A DNA stretch of 64,000 bases from Vicinamibacterales bacterium (GCA_963832375.1 CAWHUA010000007.1:37069-101068); one strand, 5' to 3'. Counted from the first letter of the stretch, positions 9,983-18,723 are shown. A program made the numbers and translations. The notes: a model not told the origin generated them from the sequence alone.

Positions 9983-10336
9983 ATGATTAATGTTTCGTCC
10001 GCGGCAGCCTCCAAGATCACGGAGCTTCTGGCCGAAGAGCAGAAGCACAACAGCGGCCTGCGGGTGTTCGTGCAGGGCGGAGGGTGCTCAGGCTTCCAGT
10101 ATGGGCTGATGATCGAGGAAAACGGCGGCGACGCCGACCAGGTCTTCGAGTCGAACGGCGTCAAGCTGTATGTCGATCCCATCAGCATCCGGTACCTCAA
10201 GGGCGCCGAGGTCGACTTTGTCGAGACGGTCACCGGCGGCGGCTTCACAATCAAGAATCCGATGGCCACGTCCACGTGTGGATGCGGCTCGTCGTTCACC
10301 ACCGAAGAAGGCGGCGGCGGCGGACACCATCACTAA
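9983..10336 (+). CDS. erpA: A-type iron-sulfur cluster carrier (ErpA/IscA, HesB family)
   Basis: 117 aa with GGGCSGFQY and the C-terminal CGCGSSF cysteine ligand motifs. It has an unusual EEGGGGGHHH tail. Confidence 0.85.
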   Translation: MINVSSAAASKITELLAEEQKHNSGLRVFVQGGGCSGFQYGLMIEENGGDADQVFESNGVKLYVDPISIRYLKGAEVDFVETVTGGGFTIKNPMATSTCGCGSSFTTEEGGGGGHHH

Positions 10337-10338
10337 TA

Positions 10339-10368
10339 GAGTGAAGGCGCGATCCTTCACTCCTTTTC
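10339..10368 (+). terminator. Rho-independent terminator after erpA
   Basis: A 9-bp stem GAGTGAAGG / CCTTCACTC with a 6-nt loop, followed by CTTTTCC. Confidence 0.5.
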
Positions 10369-10386
10369 CGGGTTCACCTGAAGCGC

Positions 10387-11367
10387 ATGCAGACTACTGA
10401 TGTCGATCGCGTGCGCCCGGCTGGCGGCAAACGGTCCAGCAAGCGCGATTTCATCATCAGTGCCTTCCTCCGCCAGGAGGGGCACCTGAGTGCTGACGAT
10501 CTCGTCGATCTCATCCGCAAGGACGATCGCGGCATCAGCCGGGCCACCGTCTACCGTACGCTGCAATGGATGATGGACGCGGGGATTGCCCGCAAGGTCG
10601 ATTTCGGCGAAGGCCGTTTCCGATTCGAGCATTCCTACCGGCATCCGCGGCACTTTCATCTGATTTGCAAGACCTGCAATCAGTCCTTCGAGTTCCTGAG
10701 CTCGGACATCGAGGCGCTGATTGAAGAAGTCGCGGCTGCCAGGAAGTTCGTCGGCAAGCAGAGCGTCGTGCAGATCTACGGTACGTGCGAGGCGTGTCAG
10801 ACCGGCCGGCCCGCCGAAGCCAAGGGCGGGACCACCGAGATGATCTTCGCCCGCGATGCCCTGCGCATCGCGATCGCGACCGAGCGCAGCGGTCTCGAGT
10901 TCTACACCCGCGCCGCGCGCATCACCCAGGACGCACGGGGACGAACGATCTTCCAGAAACTGGCCGAGGAGGAGAAAGAGCATCTCGGCACGCTCGAAGC
11001 GCGCTACGCGCAGCTGCTCAAGAACGACCCGCAGCTCGAGTCGCGTCCCGCCTTCCTGTTTTTCAAGGGCGCGGCAAACGGCCTGTTCGCCCAGGGGGCC
11101 GAGCGGCTCTCCAAGGGCGTCAACGATCAGCAGGCGCTGCTCATTGGCATCAAGTGCGAGCGCGGATCGCATCAGTTCTTCAAGAAGTACGGCGAACGGT
11201 TCGAAGACTCGGAAGGCAAACAGATCTTCATGGAGTTTGCCGCCGAGGAGAAGGAGCACTTCGACCTGCTCGTCCGCGAATACAAGAACCTCATCGCCCG
11301 CAAAGGACGCCGGCGTCCGGCCCGGCAGCCGAAACCCGTCAAGACGCGCCGGCGTGTCAACGCCTGA
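10387..11367 (+). CDS. Fur-family regulator fused to a rubrerythrin/ferritin-like diiron domain
   Basis: Residues 1 to about 150 form a Fur winged helix plus dimerisation domain (ATVYRTLQWM, HPRHFHLICKTCNQ, GTCEACQ). Residues from about 152 to 300 form a four-helix diiron pattern E...ExxH twice (ERSGLEFY, EEEKEHL, ERGSHQFF, AEEKEHF). A basic tail (KGRRRPARQPKPVKTRRR) follows. Confidence 0.75.
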   Translation: MQTTDVDRVRPAGGKRSSKRDFIISAFLRQEGHLSADDLVDLIRKDDRGISRATVYRTLQWMMDAGIARKVDFGEGRFRFEHSYRHPRHFHLICKTCNQSFEFLSSDIEALIEEVAAARKFVGKQSVVQIYGTCEACQTGRPAEAKGGTTEMIFARDALRIAIATERSGLEFYTRAARITQDARGRTIFQKLAEEEKEHLGTLEARYAQLLKNDPQLESRPAFLFFKGAANGLFAQGAERLSKGVNDQQALLIGIKCERGSHQFFKKYGERFEDSEGKQIFMEFAAEEKEHFDLLVREYKNLIARKGRRRPARQPKPVKTRRRVNA

Positions 11368-11370
11368 CGC

Positions 11371-12204
11371 GTGATTGATCTTCACCTCCACACAACCGCG
11401 TCCGATGGCCTGTACGATCCGGCGGCGCTCGTCGATCTCGCATGGCGCGCCGGCATCCGCACGATGAGCGTGACCGATCACGACACCGTGGCGGGGTTGC
11501 CGGAGGCCGCGCGTGCCGCGGCATCATCCGGCATCGCCTTCGTTCCCGGGATCGAAATTACGGCTGTTCACGAAGGCAGGGACGTACACGTGCTCGGGTA
11601 TTTCATCGAGGCTGATACTCCCGGATTCGACACGTTCCTCGAGGAGCAGCGGGCCGATCGTGTGCGGCGTCTGAGCGCGATGGTCGGCAGGCTTGCCGAG
11701 TTGGGGAAGCCCGTCAATCTCGACGAGGTGCTGGTCTCGCATCCTCCCGGCCAGGCACTCGGCCGGCCGCTGATTGCGAAGGCACTCGTCAAAGCCGGTC
11801 ATGCGGCCGACACGCGTGAGGCGTTCGATCGGTTAATCGGCGATCGCAAGCCGGCGTTCATCGCCCGCAGGGGCCCGACGCCCGCCGAGGTCATCGCCAT
11901 CATCGGCCGGGCGGGCGGCCTCGCGTCGCTTGCGCATCCGGGATTGTTGAAGCGCGACGACCTGATTCCCGGGATGATCGACGCGGGCCTGACGGCGATC
12001 GAGGCCTTTCACAGCGAGCACGACGCGCCGACGACAGAACGCTATCTGGACTTCGCCGCGCGCCATGGCATCCTCGTGTCGGGCGGTTCCGATTATCACG
12101 GCGAGAAAGAGCGGCGACGGACGGCGTTCGGCACGGTGGGTCTTCCGCACAACCACTTCGAAATGCTGAAGGCGCGGGTCGCGCGCGTCACGCGGGAAGG
12201 TTGA
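11371..12204 (+). CDS. PHP-domain phosphoesterase (TrpH/YciV-like)
   Basis: 277 aa. The N-terminus IDLHLHTTASDG, then VTDHDT, and the later AHP and GSDYHG metal-ligand blocks match the PHP family. Confidence 0.8.
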   Translation: MIDLHLHTTASDGLYDPAALVDLAWRAGIRTMSVTDHDTVAGLPEAARAAASSGIAFVPGIEITAVHEGRDVHVLGYFIEADTPGFDTFLEEQRADRVRRLSAMVGRLAELGKPVNLDEVLVSHPPGQALGRPLIAKALVKAGHAADTREAFDRLIGDRKPAFIARRGPTPAEVIAIIGRAGGLASLAHPGLLKRDDLIPGMIDAGLTAIEAFHSEHDAPTTERYLDFAARHGILVSGGSDYHGEKERRRTAFGTVGLPHNHFEMLKARVARVTREG

Positions 12205-12675
12205 ATGGCGGCAGGCCTGCTGACGGCAATTTTCGCTTCGATTACCGGCATCGTCGCCGCGATGTACCTCGGCTACCAGAGCGCAAGCACCGGCGAGCTC
12301 GCGCAGCACATCTCGATCGGCTTCTTCAGCACGATGATCACGCTGCTGGCCCATTCGATGATGATGTTCTACTTTCTCGGCAAGGGGAAGGCGGTGAGAG
12401 AGGCGGCGGCGGAAGGGGGCCTCTCGAAGGACTTCGAGCGCCGCATCGCGGTCGTGCGAGCCCCTGTGTTTTCCGCTGCGACCGTCGCCATGCTTGCGAC
12501 GATGACGACGGCGCTCCTGGGCGCGAGCGTCGATACGGGCGTCGTCCCGACGTGGGTGCACAGCGTGCTGGCGATCGCGACGCTCGTGGCCAACCTGCGC
12601 GCGCTTCAGCTCGAGATCAGGGCGCTGATGGAAAGCGGCCGTGTGGTCGCCGACGTCAATCGGCTACTGCAGTAA
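12205..12675 (+). CDS. Hypothetical membrane protein (about 4 TM segments)
   Basis: 156 aa with four hydrophobic stretches. It is tightly packed between the PHP gene (TGA then ATG) and the ABC-like gene (TAA then ATG). Confidence 0.55.
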   Translation: MAAGLLTAIFASITGIVAAMYLGYQSASTGELAQHISIGFFSTMITLLAHSMMMFYFLGKGKAVREAAAEGGLSKDFERRIAVVRAPVFSAATVAMLATMTTALLGASVDTGVVPTWVHSVLAIATLVANLRALQLEIRALMESGRVVADVNRLLQ

Positions 12676-13377
12676 ATGGGGCAGGACTCCTTCATCCTGA
12701 CGGATGTGGAGAAGCAGTACGGCGGCCTGAGACCGCTCCGGGTTCGCGACCTGCGCATCCCGGCCGGCACGGTCACGATGATCGTCGGCTTCGATCGCCC
12801 GTCCGCCGAGGTCTTCATCAATCTTGTAACGGGCGCCACGCTGCCGGACAAGGGCGAGGTCATCAGCCTCGGCCGCTCGACCGCCAGCATCGTCAATAGC
12901 GATGAATGGCTGACGTTTGTCGAGCGCTTCGGCATCACCAGCGACCGCATCGCACTGCTCGAAGGCATGACGGTGGCTCAGAACCTCGCCCTTGCCTTCG
13001 ACCTGCACCTCGAACCGGTGCCGCCCGAGACCATGACGCGCGTCACGGCGCTCGCTGCAGATGCCGGCATCACCGCGTCGACGCTCGACATGCGCGTGGC
13101 CGAGGCGCCGCCCCTCGTTCGCGCCCAGGTGTATCTGGCGCGCGCGCTCGCGCTCGATCCCGCCGTGCTCATCCTGGAACATCCCTCCGCCAGCTTGTCG
13201 CCCGAGGAGGGGAGCGCGTACGCAGGAATCTTGAAAGCCGCGGCCGGCCGGCGAGAGCTGACGACGATCGGTCTCTTGATGGACGAGAGGTTTGCGAAGG
13301 CGGCCGGCGGCCGGCTGCTCGTGTGGCAGCCGGCTACCGGTGAAGTGCGCGCGCGCTCTCCGCTGAAGTTCTGGTGA
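12676..13377 (+). CDS. Degenerate ABC-type ATPase-like protein
   Basis: It has an ABC NBD-like layout, but Walker A is GFDRPSAE (no GK[ST]), the LSGGQ position reads APPLVRAQ, and Walker B is VLILEHPSASL (no DE). Confidence 0.55.
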   Translation: MGQDSFILTDVEKQYGGLRPLRVRDLRIPAGTVTMIVGFDRPSAEVFINLVTGATLPDKGEVISLGRSTASIVNSDEWLTFVERFGITSDRIALLEGMTVAQNLALAFDLHLEPVPPETMTRVTALAADAGITASTLDMRVAEAPPLVRAQVYLARALALDPAVLILEHPSASLSPEEGSAYAGILKAAAGRRELTTIGLLMDERFAKAAGGRLLVWQPATGEVRARSPLKFW

Positions 13378-13385
13378 TGGCGAAA

Positions 13386-13439
13386 AAGGGGTCGGGAGGG
13401 TTTTTCGGACCGATCTGCGAAAAACCCTCCCGACCCCTT
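13386..13439. repeat. REP-like palindrome, family GGGGTCGGGAGGG(G)TTTT; probable terminator between convergent genes
   Basis: Arms AAGGGGTCGGGAGGGTTTTT / AAAAACCCTCCCGACCCCTT. Confidence 0.8.
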
Positions 13440-13445
13440 CCCGCC

Positions 13446-13961
13446 TTATTTCTCGACGTTCACCGTAATCGTCTGGCAGAAGCCTTCGATCGTGCGGTGC
13501 AGGTCGTCGCCGAGTTGCAGCGTGAGCTTGTGCTTGCCCGCCTCGAGCTGCACATCGATTTCAGTCGCGCCCGTGCCGAAGTGCACCCACGACGGCGTGC
13601 CCTTCACGATTTCCGTTCCTGCCGGCAGACAGTCCATGTCGATGCCGAGGTGGTGGTGGCCCATGCCCGCGCGAACCTGCTCGGCCGTGATGGTTTCCTT
13701 CGGAACCGGCGCGAGCTCGTATCCCTCGAGACCGAACCTCGCCTTCACAGGGCTCTTGACCGTCGCGCCATCCTGCGGTTCGACGAAGAAGACGCGGCGT
13801 GCCGGCGCCGCCGGTGCCGGCGCTGGAGCGGGTGCAGCCGCGGGAGCTTCAGCGGGCGGTTGCGCTGGCGGTTCAGATCCGCCGCATGCGCTGGCCGCAA
13901 TGACGAACGCGGCGAGGGGCATCGATTGGGCGAACGTGCGAAGACGTGACTTCTGCATCAT
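13446..13961 (-). CDS. DUF4399-like lipoprotein
   Basis: 171 aa with a lipobox (FVIAASAC), a Pro/Ala-rich linker, and the GMGHHHLGID block typical of DUF4399. Confidence 0.65.
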   Translation of the reverse strand: MMQKSRLRTFAQSMPLAAFVIAASACGGSEPPAQPPAEAPAAAPAPAPAPAAPARRVFFVEPQDGATVKSPVKARFGLEGYELAPVPKETITAEQVRAGMGHHHLGIDMDCLPAGTEIVKGTPSWVHFGTGATEIDVQLEAGKHKLTLQLGDDLHRTIEGFCQTITVNVEK

Positions 13962-14271
13962 TGACTCTCCTTCGAGTAGACAGAACTATCCGTGTGACCT
14001 TACTTCACGAGGATTCCGCAGGCAATCGCATTCCCGGTGTGATCGGCCCAGCGGCCCCCCACTTAAGATGTCCCGCGAGGCAGCCACGACGCGGTGGCCG
14101 TCACGCCGTCCATGCCGTGAATATGTACACCTTGGAACGGCGCCGGAATTGTACACCGCGAATGCACGCCCAGACACTCGTGGGATTGCGCAATTTTCGG
14201 CGCAAAGGTGCTGCCAAATAGCTGAAGATTGCTGGTATTGTAGAGCAAGACCGGCTACGAAGGAGTGTGCC

Positions 14272-14472
14272 ATGCCTAAGGGCACGATCAAACGACTTGT
14301 ACGAGATCGCGGCTTCGGATTTATCCGTGACGAAGGTGGACAGGAGTGGTTCTTCCATCGCAGTGGCGTCGAGGGAAGCTTCGATCAACTTGCCGAAGGC
14401 CAGCGCGTTTCCTTCGAGGAAGAATCGTCTCCGAAAGGCCCGCGCGCGGGCAACGTCCGTTCGGAATCGTGA
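14272..14472 (+). CDS. Cold-shock domain protein
   Basis: 66 aa with an RBS (AAGGAG) at 14260-14265. It has RNP-1-like GFGFI and an RNP-2-like FFH motif. The track ORF from 13492 is a spurious extension. Confidence 0.85.
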   Translation: MPKGTIKRLVRDRGFGFIRDEGGQEWFFHRSGVEGSFDQLAEGQRVSFEEESSPKGPRAGNVRSES

Positions 14473-14473
14473 T

Positions 14474-15163
14474 CTGACGATCGTTCTCTTCGACATCGAT
14501 GGGACGCTGATACGTACAGGTCGCGCGGGCAGCCGCGCGATGAATCGCGCGTTCGACGACCTCTTCGGTATTCCAGATGCCTTCGACGGCATCCAGATGG
14601 CGGGCCGCACGGATCGGTGGATTCTCGACGACGCTGCCGCCCGTGCCGGCGTCGATTTGAGCGGCGACACATTCGATCGTGTTCGCGAGCGGTACTTCGC
14701 GCGCCTCCTCGAAGCGCTGCCCGAACCCCGTCCCGACACAGGTGTGCTTCCCGGCGTGCGGACCCTGCTCGAAGCGATCGACGCGCGCGGCGACATTTTC
14801 CCGGGCCTCCTGACCGGCAACTGCGAAGAAGGCGCGCGCATCAAGCTCGAGCATTTCGATCTGTGGAAGTTCTTTCGCTGCGGCGGGTATGGCGACGCGG
14901 TCACGGATCGGAATCATCTGTTTGACGTGGCCGTCAAACGCGCCGAGGCGTGCGGCGCGCCGCGCGTGACGCCGGCCGACGTCATCGTCGTTGGCGACAC
15001 CGTGCTGGACGTGGCGTGCGCGCAGGCCGCCGGCGCCAGGTCTGTGGCCGTCGCGACCGGACCGGTCGATGCCGCGACGCTCAAGTCAGGTGGCGCAGAC
15101 CTGGTGCTGCACGACTTGAGCGACACGGACGCCTTCCTGCGATTCGTTTTTGTACAGACCTGA
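14474..15163 (+). CDS. HAD superfamily hydrolase (phosphoglycolate phosphatase-like); start codon uncertain
   Basis: It has the DxDGT motif (LFDIDGTLI), then LTGN and VGDTVLD blocks. There is no in-frame ATG or GTG close to the motif. Candidate starts are CTG 14474 or TTG 14390 (the latter inside csp). Confidence 0.6.
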   Translation: MTIVLFDIDGTLIRTGRAGSRAMNRAFDDLFGIPDAFDGIQMAGRTDRWILDDAAARAGVDLSGDTFDRVRERYFARLLEALPEPRPDTGVLPGVRTLLEAIDARGDIFPGLLTGNCEEGARIKLEHFDLWKFFRCGGYGDAVTDRNHLFDVAVKRAEACGAPRVTPADVIVVGDTVLDVACAQAAGARSVAVATGPVDAATLKSGGADLVLHDLSDTDAFLRFVFVQT

Positions 15164-15240
15164 AGTACGACGACGTTGTCGGAAGGCACGCCGACGAGGC
15201 CGATGGGGTCTGATGCCGGGTGGCACCGGCAGGAAAGAAA

Positions 15241-15447
15241 CTAACCTTCTACGAGACGAACATCTCCGGCGCGAGGTCCCTTCTGAGATTCCTCAGGAGT
15301 GAACTCCACGCGCTGACCTTCGCGCAGCAACTCAAAAACCGCGCCGCGGACGGAGCTGCGATGGAAGAAGTGTTCGATTCCTCCCTCATCGCGGATGAAC
15401 CCGAATCCCTTGTCGATCAAGAGCCGTGCGATCGTGCCGGTCGGCAT
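15241..15447 (-). CDS. Cold-shock domain protein (paralog of 14272..14472)
   Basis: 68 aa: MPTGTIARLLIDKGFGFIRDEGG.EHFFHRS, closely parallel to the other csp product. Confidence 0.85.
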   Translation of the reverse strand: MPTGTIARLLIDKGFGFIRDEGGIEHFFHRSSVRGAVFELLREGQRVEFTPEESQKGPRAGDVRLVEG

Positions 15448-15569
15448 ACCCCTGTCCTCCGAATGTTCCCCACCGTTCGCGTGAAAGCCGCGTAACTTCT
15501 TTGAGATGCGGCCTTTGGGAGCCTCTCCGGTCGAGAACGGGGCCAGTGTAGGTGCTTCAACCTACGAAG

Positions 15570-15719
15570 TCAAGATGCGACAACCTGCCACGTTTCGCCG
15601 TCCTCGTCGGCCTCGGGGTCCAAATCCTCGTCCCCCTCCTCGAGCTCGGCATTCTCGTCAAACTCTTCATCTTCAAGGATTTCGTCGTCTTCGTCGTCGA
15701 GGTCCGGACGGGTCTTCAT
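15570..15719 (-). CDS. Hypothetical hyper-acidic 49-aa protein
   Basis: MKTRPDLDDEDDEILEDEEFDENAELEEGDEDLDPEADEDGETWQVVAS. It starts 17 nt downstream of the zinc-ribbon ORF. No homology is recognised. Confidence 0.35.
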   Translation of the reverse strand: MKTRPDLDDEDDEILEDEEFDENAELEEGDEDLDPEADEDGETWQVVAS

Positions 15720-15736
15720 GGGGTGCCTTGGGGCGG

Positions 15737-15940
15737 CTATTCCGCCGGGGGTTTCGCAGCAGCTGGAGCTGGCGCCGCCGCCGCGCCGGGTTGAGAGGGG
15801 TATGTGGTCCAATAATGCCGGCCGCAGCGTTGACACACCCAGAACTGATTGGGCTGCCAGGGCGTTCCCGGGGGAGGGTCCCTGAGCTCCATCTGGTCGC
15901 CACAACGCTGGCAACGCACCTTTACGCCGACATCGCTCAT
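15737..15940 (-). CDS. Hypothetical zinc-ribbon protein
   Basis: 67 aa with two CxxC pairs (CQRCGDQ, CQRCGRH) and an Ala/Pro tail. It is divergent from the mocA-like gene. Confidence 0.4.
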   Translation of the reverse strand: MSDVGVKVRCQRCGDQMELRDPPPGTPWQPNQFWVCQRCGRHYWTTYPSQPGAAAAPAPAAAKPPAE

Positions 15941-15976
15941 GGAAGGGATTCTATAGTAGTTCCCAGTCGTCGAGTG

Positions 15977-16585
15977 ATGCCCGGAATTTCAGCCATCGTT
16001 CTTGCCGGCGGCAAGTCATCGCGGATGGGACGTCCGAAAGCCCTCCTTCCGATCGGAACGGCGCGCGAGACGTTTCTCGATCGCGTGACGCGCACGCTCG
16101 CCGAAGCCGGCGTCGAGGACATCGTGGTCGTCGTGGGCGCCGATGCCGCGATCATCCGCAACGCCTCACGACCGGCCGTGGGTGTTCGGTTTGTGGACAA
16201 TCCTGACCACGAACGCGGGCAACTGACGTCGCTCTTGGCGGGGCTGCGCGCCGTCGACACGGCACACGCGCCGGCTGTGCTCGTGACCCTCATCGACGTC
16301 CCGCTCGTCAGCGCCGATACGGTCCGAACGCTCATCGCCGTGCAACGGGAGCGCGGCGCCCCGATTGTGCGCCCCGTCTCGAACGGCCTGCACGGGCATC
16401 CGGTCATCTTCGGGCGCGCGCTCTTCGCGGAACTGCAGGACGCCGATCCCGCGTTCGGCGCAAAGCCGATCGTTCGCGCTCACCACGCCGAGATGATCGA
16501 AGTACCGGTGGACGACGAGGGCGCGTTCACGGACATCGACACGCCGGAAGACTACGAGCGCATCATCGGGCCGCTTCCGACATAG
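15977..16585 (+). CDS. MobA/MocA-like nucleotidyltransferase (molybdenum cofactor cytidylyl/guanylyltransferase family)
   Basis: 202 aa from ATG 15977. The N-terminus is AIVLAGGKSSRMGRPKALLP. Confidence 0.75.
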   Translation: MPGISAIVLAGGKSSRMGRPKALLPIGTARETFLDRVTRTLAEAGVEDIVVVVGADAAIIRNASRPAVGVRFVDNPDHERGQLTSLLAGLRAVDTAHAPAVLVTLIDVPLVSADTVRTLIAVQRERGAPIVRPVSNGLHGHPVIFGRALFAELQDADPAFGAKPIVRAHHAEMIEVPVDDEGAFTDIDTPEDYERIIGPLPT

Positions 16586-16697
16586 TCGAGAAACCAACCG
16601 CAGTGTTCCGGTGGCACAGGGCTTCAGCCCTGTCGAGAAACCAAACCGTAGTGCTCCGGTGGCACAGGGCTTCAGCCCTGTCTAGAAACCAAACCGG
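16586..16697. repeat. Tandem 47/48-nt repeat (2.3 units) containing a hairpin
   Basis: Units are at 16586-16632 and 16633-16680, with a partial third unit at 16681-16697. Each starts TC[G/T]AGAAACCAA(A)CCG and contains GGCACAGGGCTTCAGCCCTG. The partial unit is the actual 3' end of the receptor gene (..IRFGF stop). Confidence 0.85.
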
Positions 16698-18667
16698 ATT
16701 CCTCCGTTCACGATCCGTCCTTCGAGCGGCCCCCACACGTCGACGGTCCACACGCCAAGCGGCCCTCGCGTGGGCCTCACGAGCGGGTCGTGCGAGGTCT
16801 GGCGGAAGTCGGAGAGATTTTCCACGTTCGCGAACAAGCGGGCCGGGCCGACGCGCCATTCGGCAACCGCTCCCCACATCAGGTACGGCACGCTGTCGCG
16901 CCGATACGGCGACTCGTCGATCTGCTGCCGTCCGGTGTAGAAGAACTCGACTCCGAGACGAAGCCGTTCCGTGATGCTCCACAAGCCATCGATGCCCGCC
17001 GTGTGACGGGGATTCAGGGGCACCTCGCGGCGGCCCGGCTCGTCCGGATTTGCCTCTGACGACCACACGTACATATAGCTGGCGATGAGATCGAAGCCTT
17101 CCACGTGGTAGCGCCCGATCAGTTCCGAGCCCTGCGTACGAACGGGCCCCTGCGCGTTCTCGATGGCGTTCCCCTGCAGGTAGAGCGCGGAGTCGATCCG
17201 TGATTGAAAGAGCGTGGCGTTCAGCTCGAGCACCGAGTTCTTCCATCCGAGATCGAACGACGCGCTACGGCCACGTTCGGGATCGAGGTCGCCGAGCGGT
17301 TGCAGCTGTGAAAGCCCCGCGGCTTCGGTTTCCTCGATAAACGGCGTCGGCGCGACGAAGCCGGTACCAGTGGAGAGCCTCGCCGTCCAGCCCGAGGACG
17401 AGCGGAGTAGCGCCGAGATGCGCGGACTGAAGAAGTTGCCGTACACGTTGTGAAAGTCGCCGCGTGCGCTGGCCGACACCGCCAGCCAGCTCGTGACGGG
17501 GAAGTCGTCCTGCGCAAAGACGCCGGGCACGACGTGGTTGTAATCGAACAGCGGCAGATCGCGCGCCGCGTACTTGTCGCGCTGCAGGGCCGCGCCGACG
17601 ACCCACGTGTGCCGGCCGCTCTGTCCGGTGATCGCTCCTTCGCCGAACCACGTGTGATGGAAGTCGTGCTCGAGCGTTGGTCCGAACGTGTGATCGTGCC
17701 ACTGGCCCAGGCCCGAGCTGCGCAGGGTGAGCAACCTGGTCGATCCCATCGGCAGGCGCGCCACGACGCCGGCATCGAACCGGCGCGTCGTCAGGTTCTC
17801 GGGAAACGGCTGGCCGTCGGGCGCCACGCGTCCGGGCATGGTGCCCCCTTCACGCGCTTCGGCCATGCCGCCAACGGTGAAGAACACCGATCGTCCCGAT
17901 CGGTCTTCCCACATCACGCGCGGACGCGCCGTCACGCGCTCGTAGCTCGGAAGATCGGTCCAGCCGTCGGCGTCGATGTCGTTGCGACTTTGAAAGTGAC
18001 CGCCGCCGAGAAACGTGTAGCCCCACTTGCCTTCGCCGCGTGACGAGAGCCAGACCACGCCGTCGGTGCCGCCGCGCGATGTCCGGTTGACGAGCACTTC
18101 GCGTTCTGGACGATCGCGTTGCGGCTGGCGCGAAATGAGGTTGACGACGCCGCCGAGCGCCGATCCGCCGTACAGCGCCGACGCCACGCCCTTGATCACT
18201 TCAACCTGTCCGAGATCCATCGGAGGAATCTGCAGGATGCCGATGGTGCCCGCGGACCCGTAGAGCGGCAGGCCATCGGACAGCACTTGCGTGTATCGTC
18301 CGCGCAGGCCCTGCACGCGCACGCCCGCCGCGCCCAGCGAGGGTGACGTCACCTGCACGCGCAGGCCGTTGGTCTCGGTCAGCATCATCGAGACGTCGCC
18401 GGGTGTCATGAAGACTTTTTCGTCGATCTCTTCCTGTGGGACGACCTCGACGCGAATCGGCTCGTCCTCGACGCGCCGGCCCGTGCGGGTGCTCGCGACG
18501 ACCGTCACTTCGTCTTCGAACGACGGGTCCTGCTTCTCGTCGTTCTTCTGTTCGTCATCCGGCTTCGCGGGGGGTTGCGTTTCGGCAGGTGGTGGGTCCT
18601 GCTGTGCGGTGACGCCGGGGCTGCTCATTAGCAGGCCGATGAGGACCAGTTTGAGAAGAACACGCAC
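16682..18667 (-). CDS. TonB-dependent receptor
   Basis: 661 aa with a signal peptide, a plug-domain block (VEVIKGVASALYGGSALGGVVNLISR), and a beta-barrel ending in the aromatic IRFGF. The start is GTG. Confidence 0.85.
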   Translation of the reverse strand: MRVLLKLVLIGLLMSSPGVTAQQDPPPAETQPPAKPDDEQKNDEKQDPSFEDEVTVVASTRTGRRVEDEPIRVEVVPQEEIDEKVFMTPGDVSMMLTETNGLRVQVTSPSLGAAGVRVQGLRGRYTQVLSDGLPLYGSAGTIGILQIPPMDLGQVEVIKGVASALYGGSALGGVVNLISRQPQRDRPEREVLVNRTSRGGTDGVVWLSSRGEGKWGYTFLGGGHFQSRNDIDADGWTDLPSYERVTARPRVMWEDRSGRSVFFTVGGMAEAREGGTMPGRVAPDGQPFPENLTTRRFDAGVVARLPMGSTRLLTLRSSGLGQWHDHTFGPTLEHDFHHTWFGEGAITGQSGRHTWVVGAALQRDKYAARDLPLFDYNHVVPGVFAQDDFPVTSWLAVSASARGDFHNVYGNFFSPRISALLRSSSGWTARLSTGTGFVAPTPFIEETEAAGLSQLQPLGDLDPERGRSASFDLGWKNSVLELNATLFQSRIDSALYLQGNAIENAQGPVRTQGSELIGRYHVEGFDLIASYMYVWSSEANPDEPGRREVPLNPRHTAGIDGLWSITERLRLGVEFFYTGRQQIDESPYRRDSVPYLMWGAVAEWRVGPARLFANVENLSDFRQTSHDPLVRPTRGPLGVWTVDVWGPLEGRIVNGGIRFGF

Positions 18668-18723
18668 GACAGCGACAGTACCACGACGGCCGTGGCGGCG
18701 GCCGTCGTGTGACCAGGGGTGAA

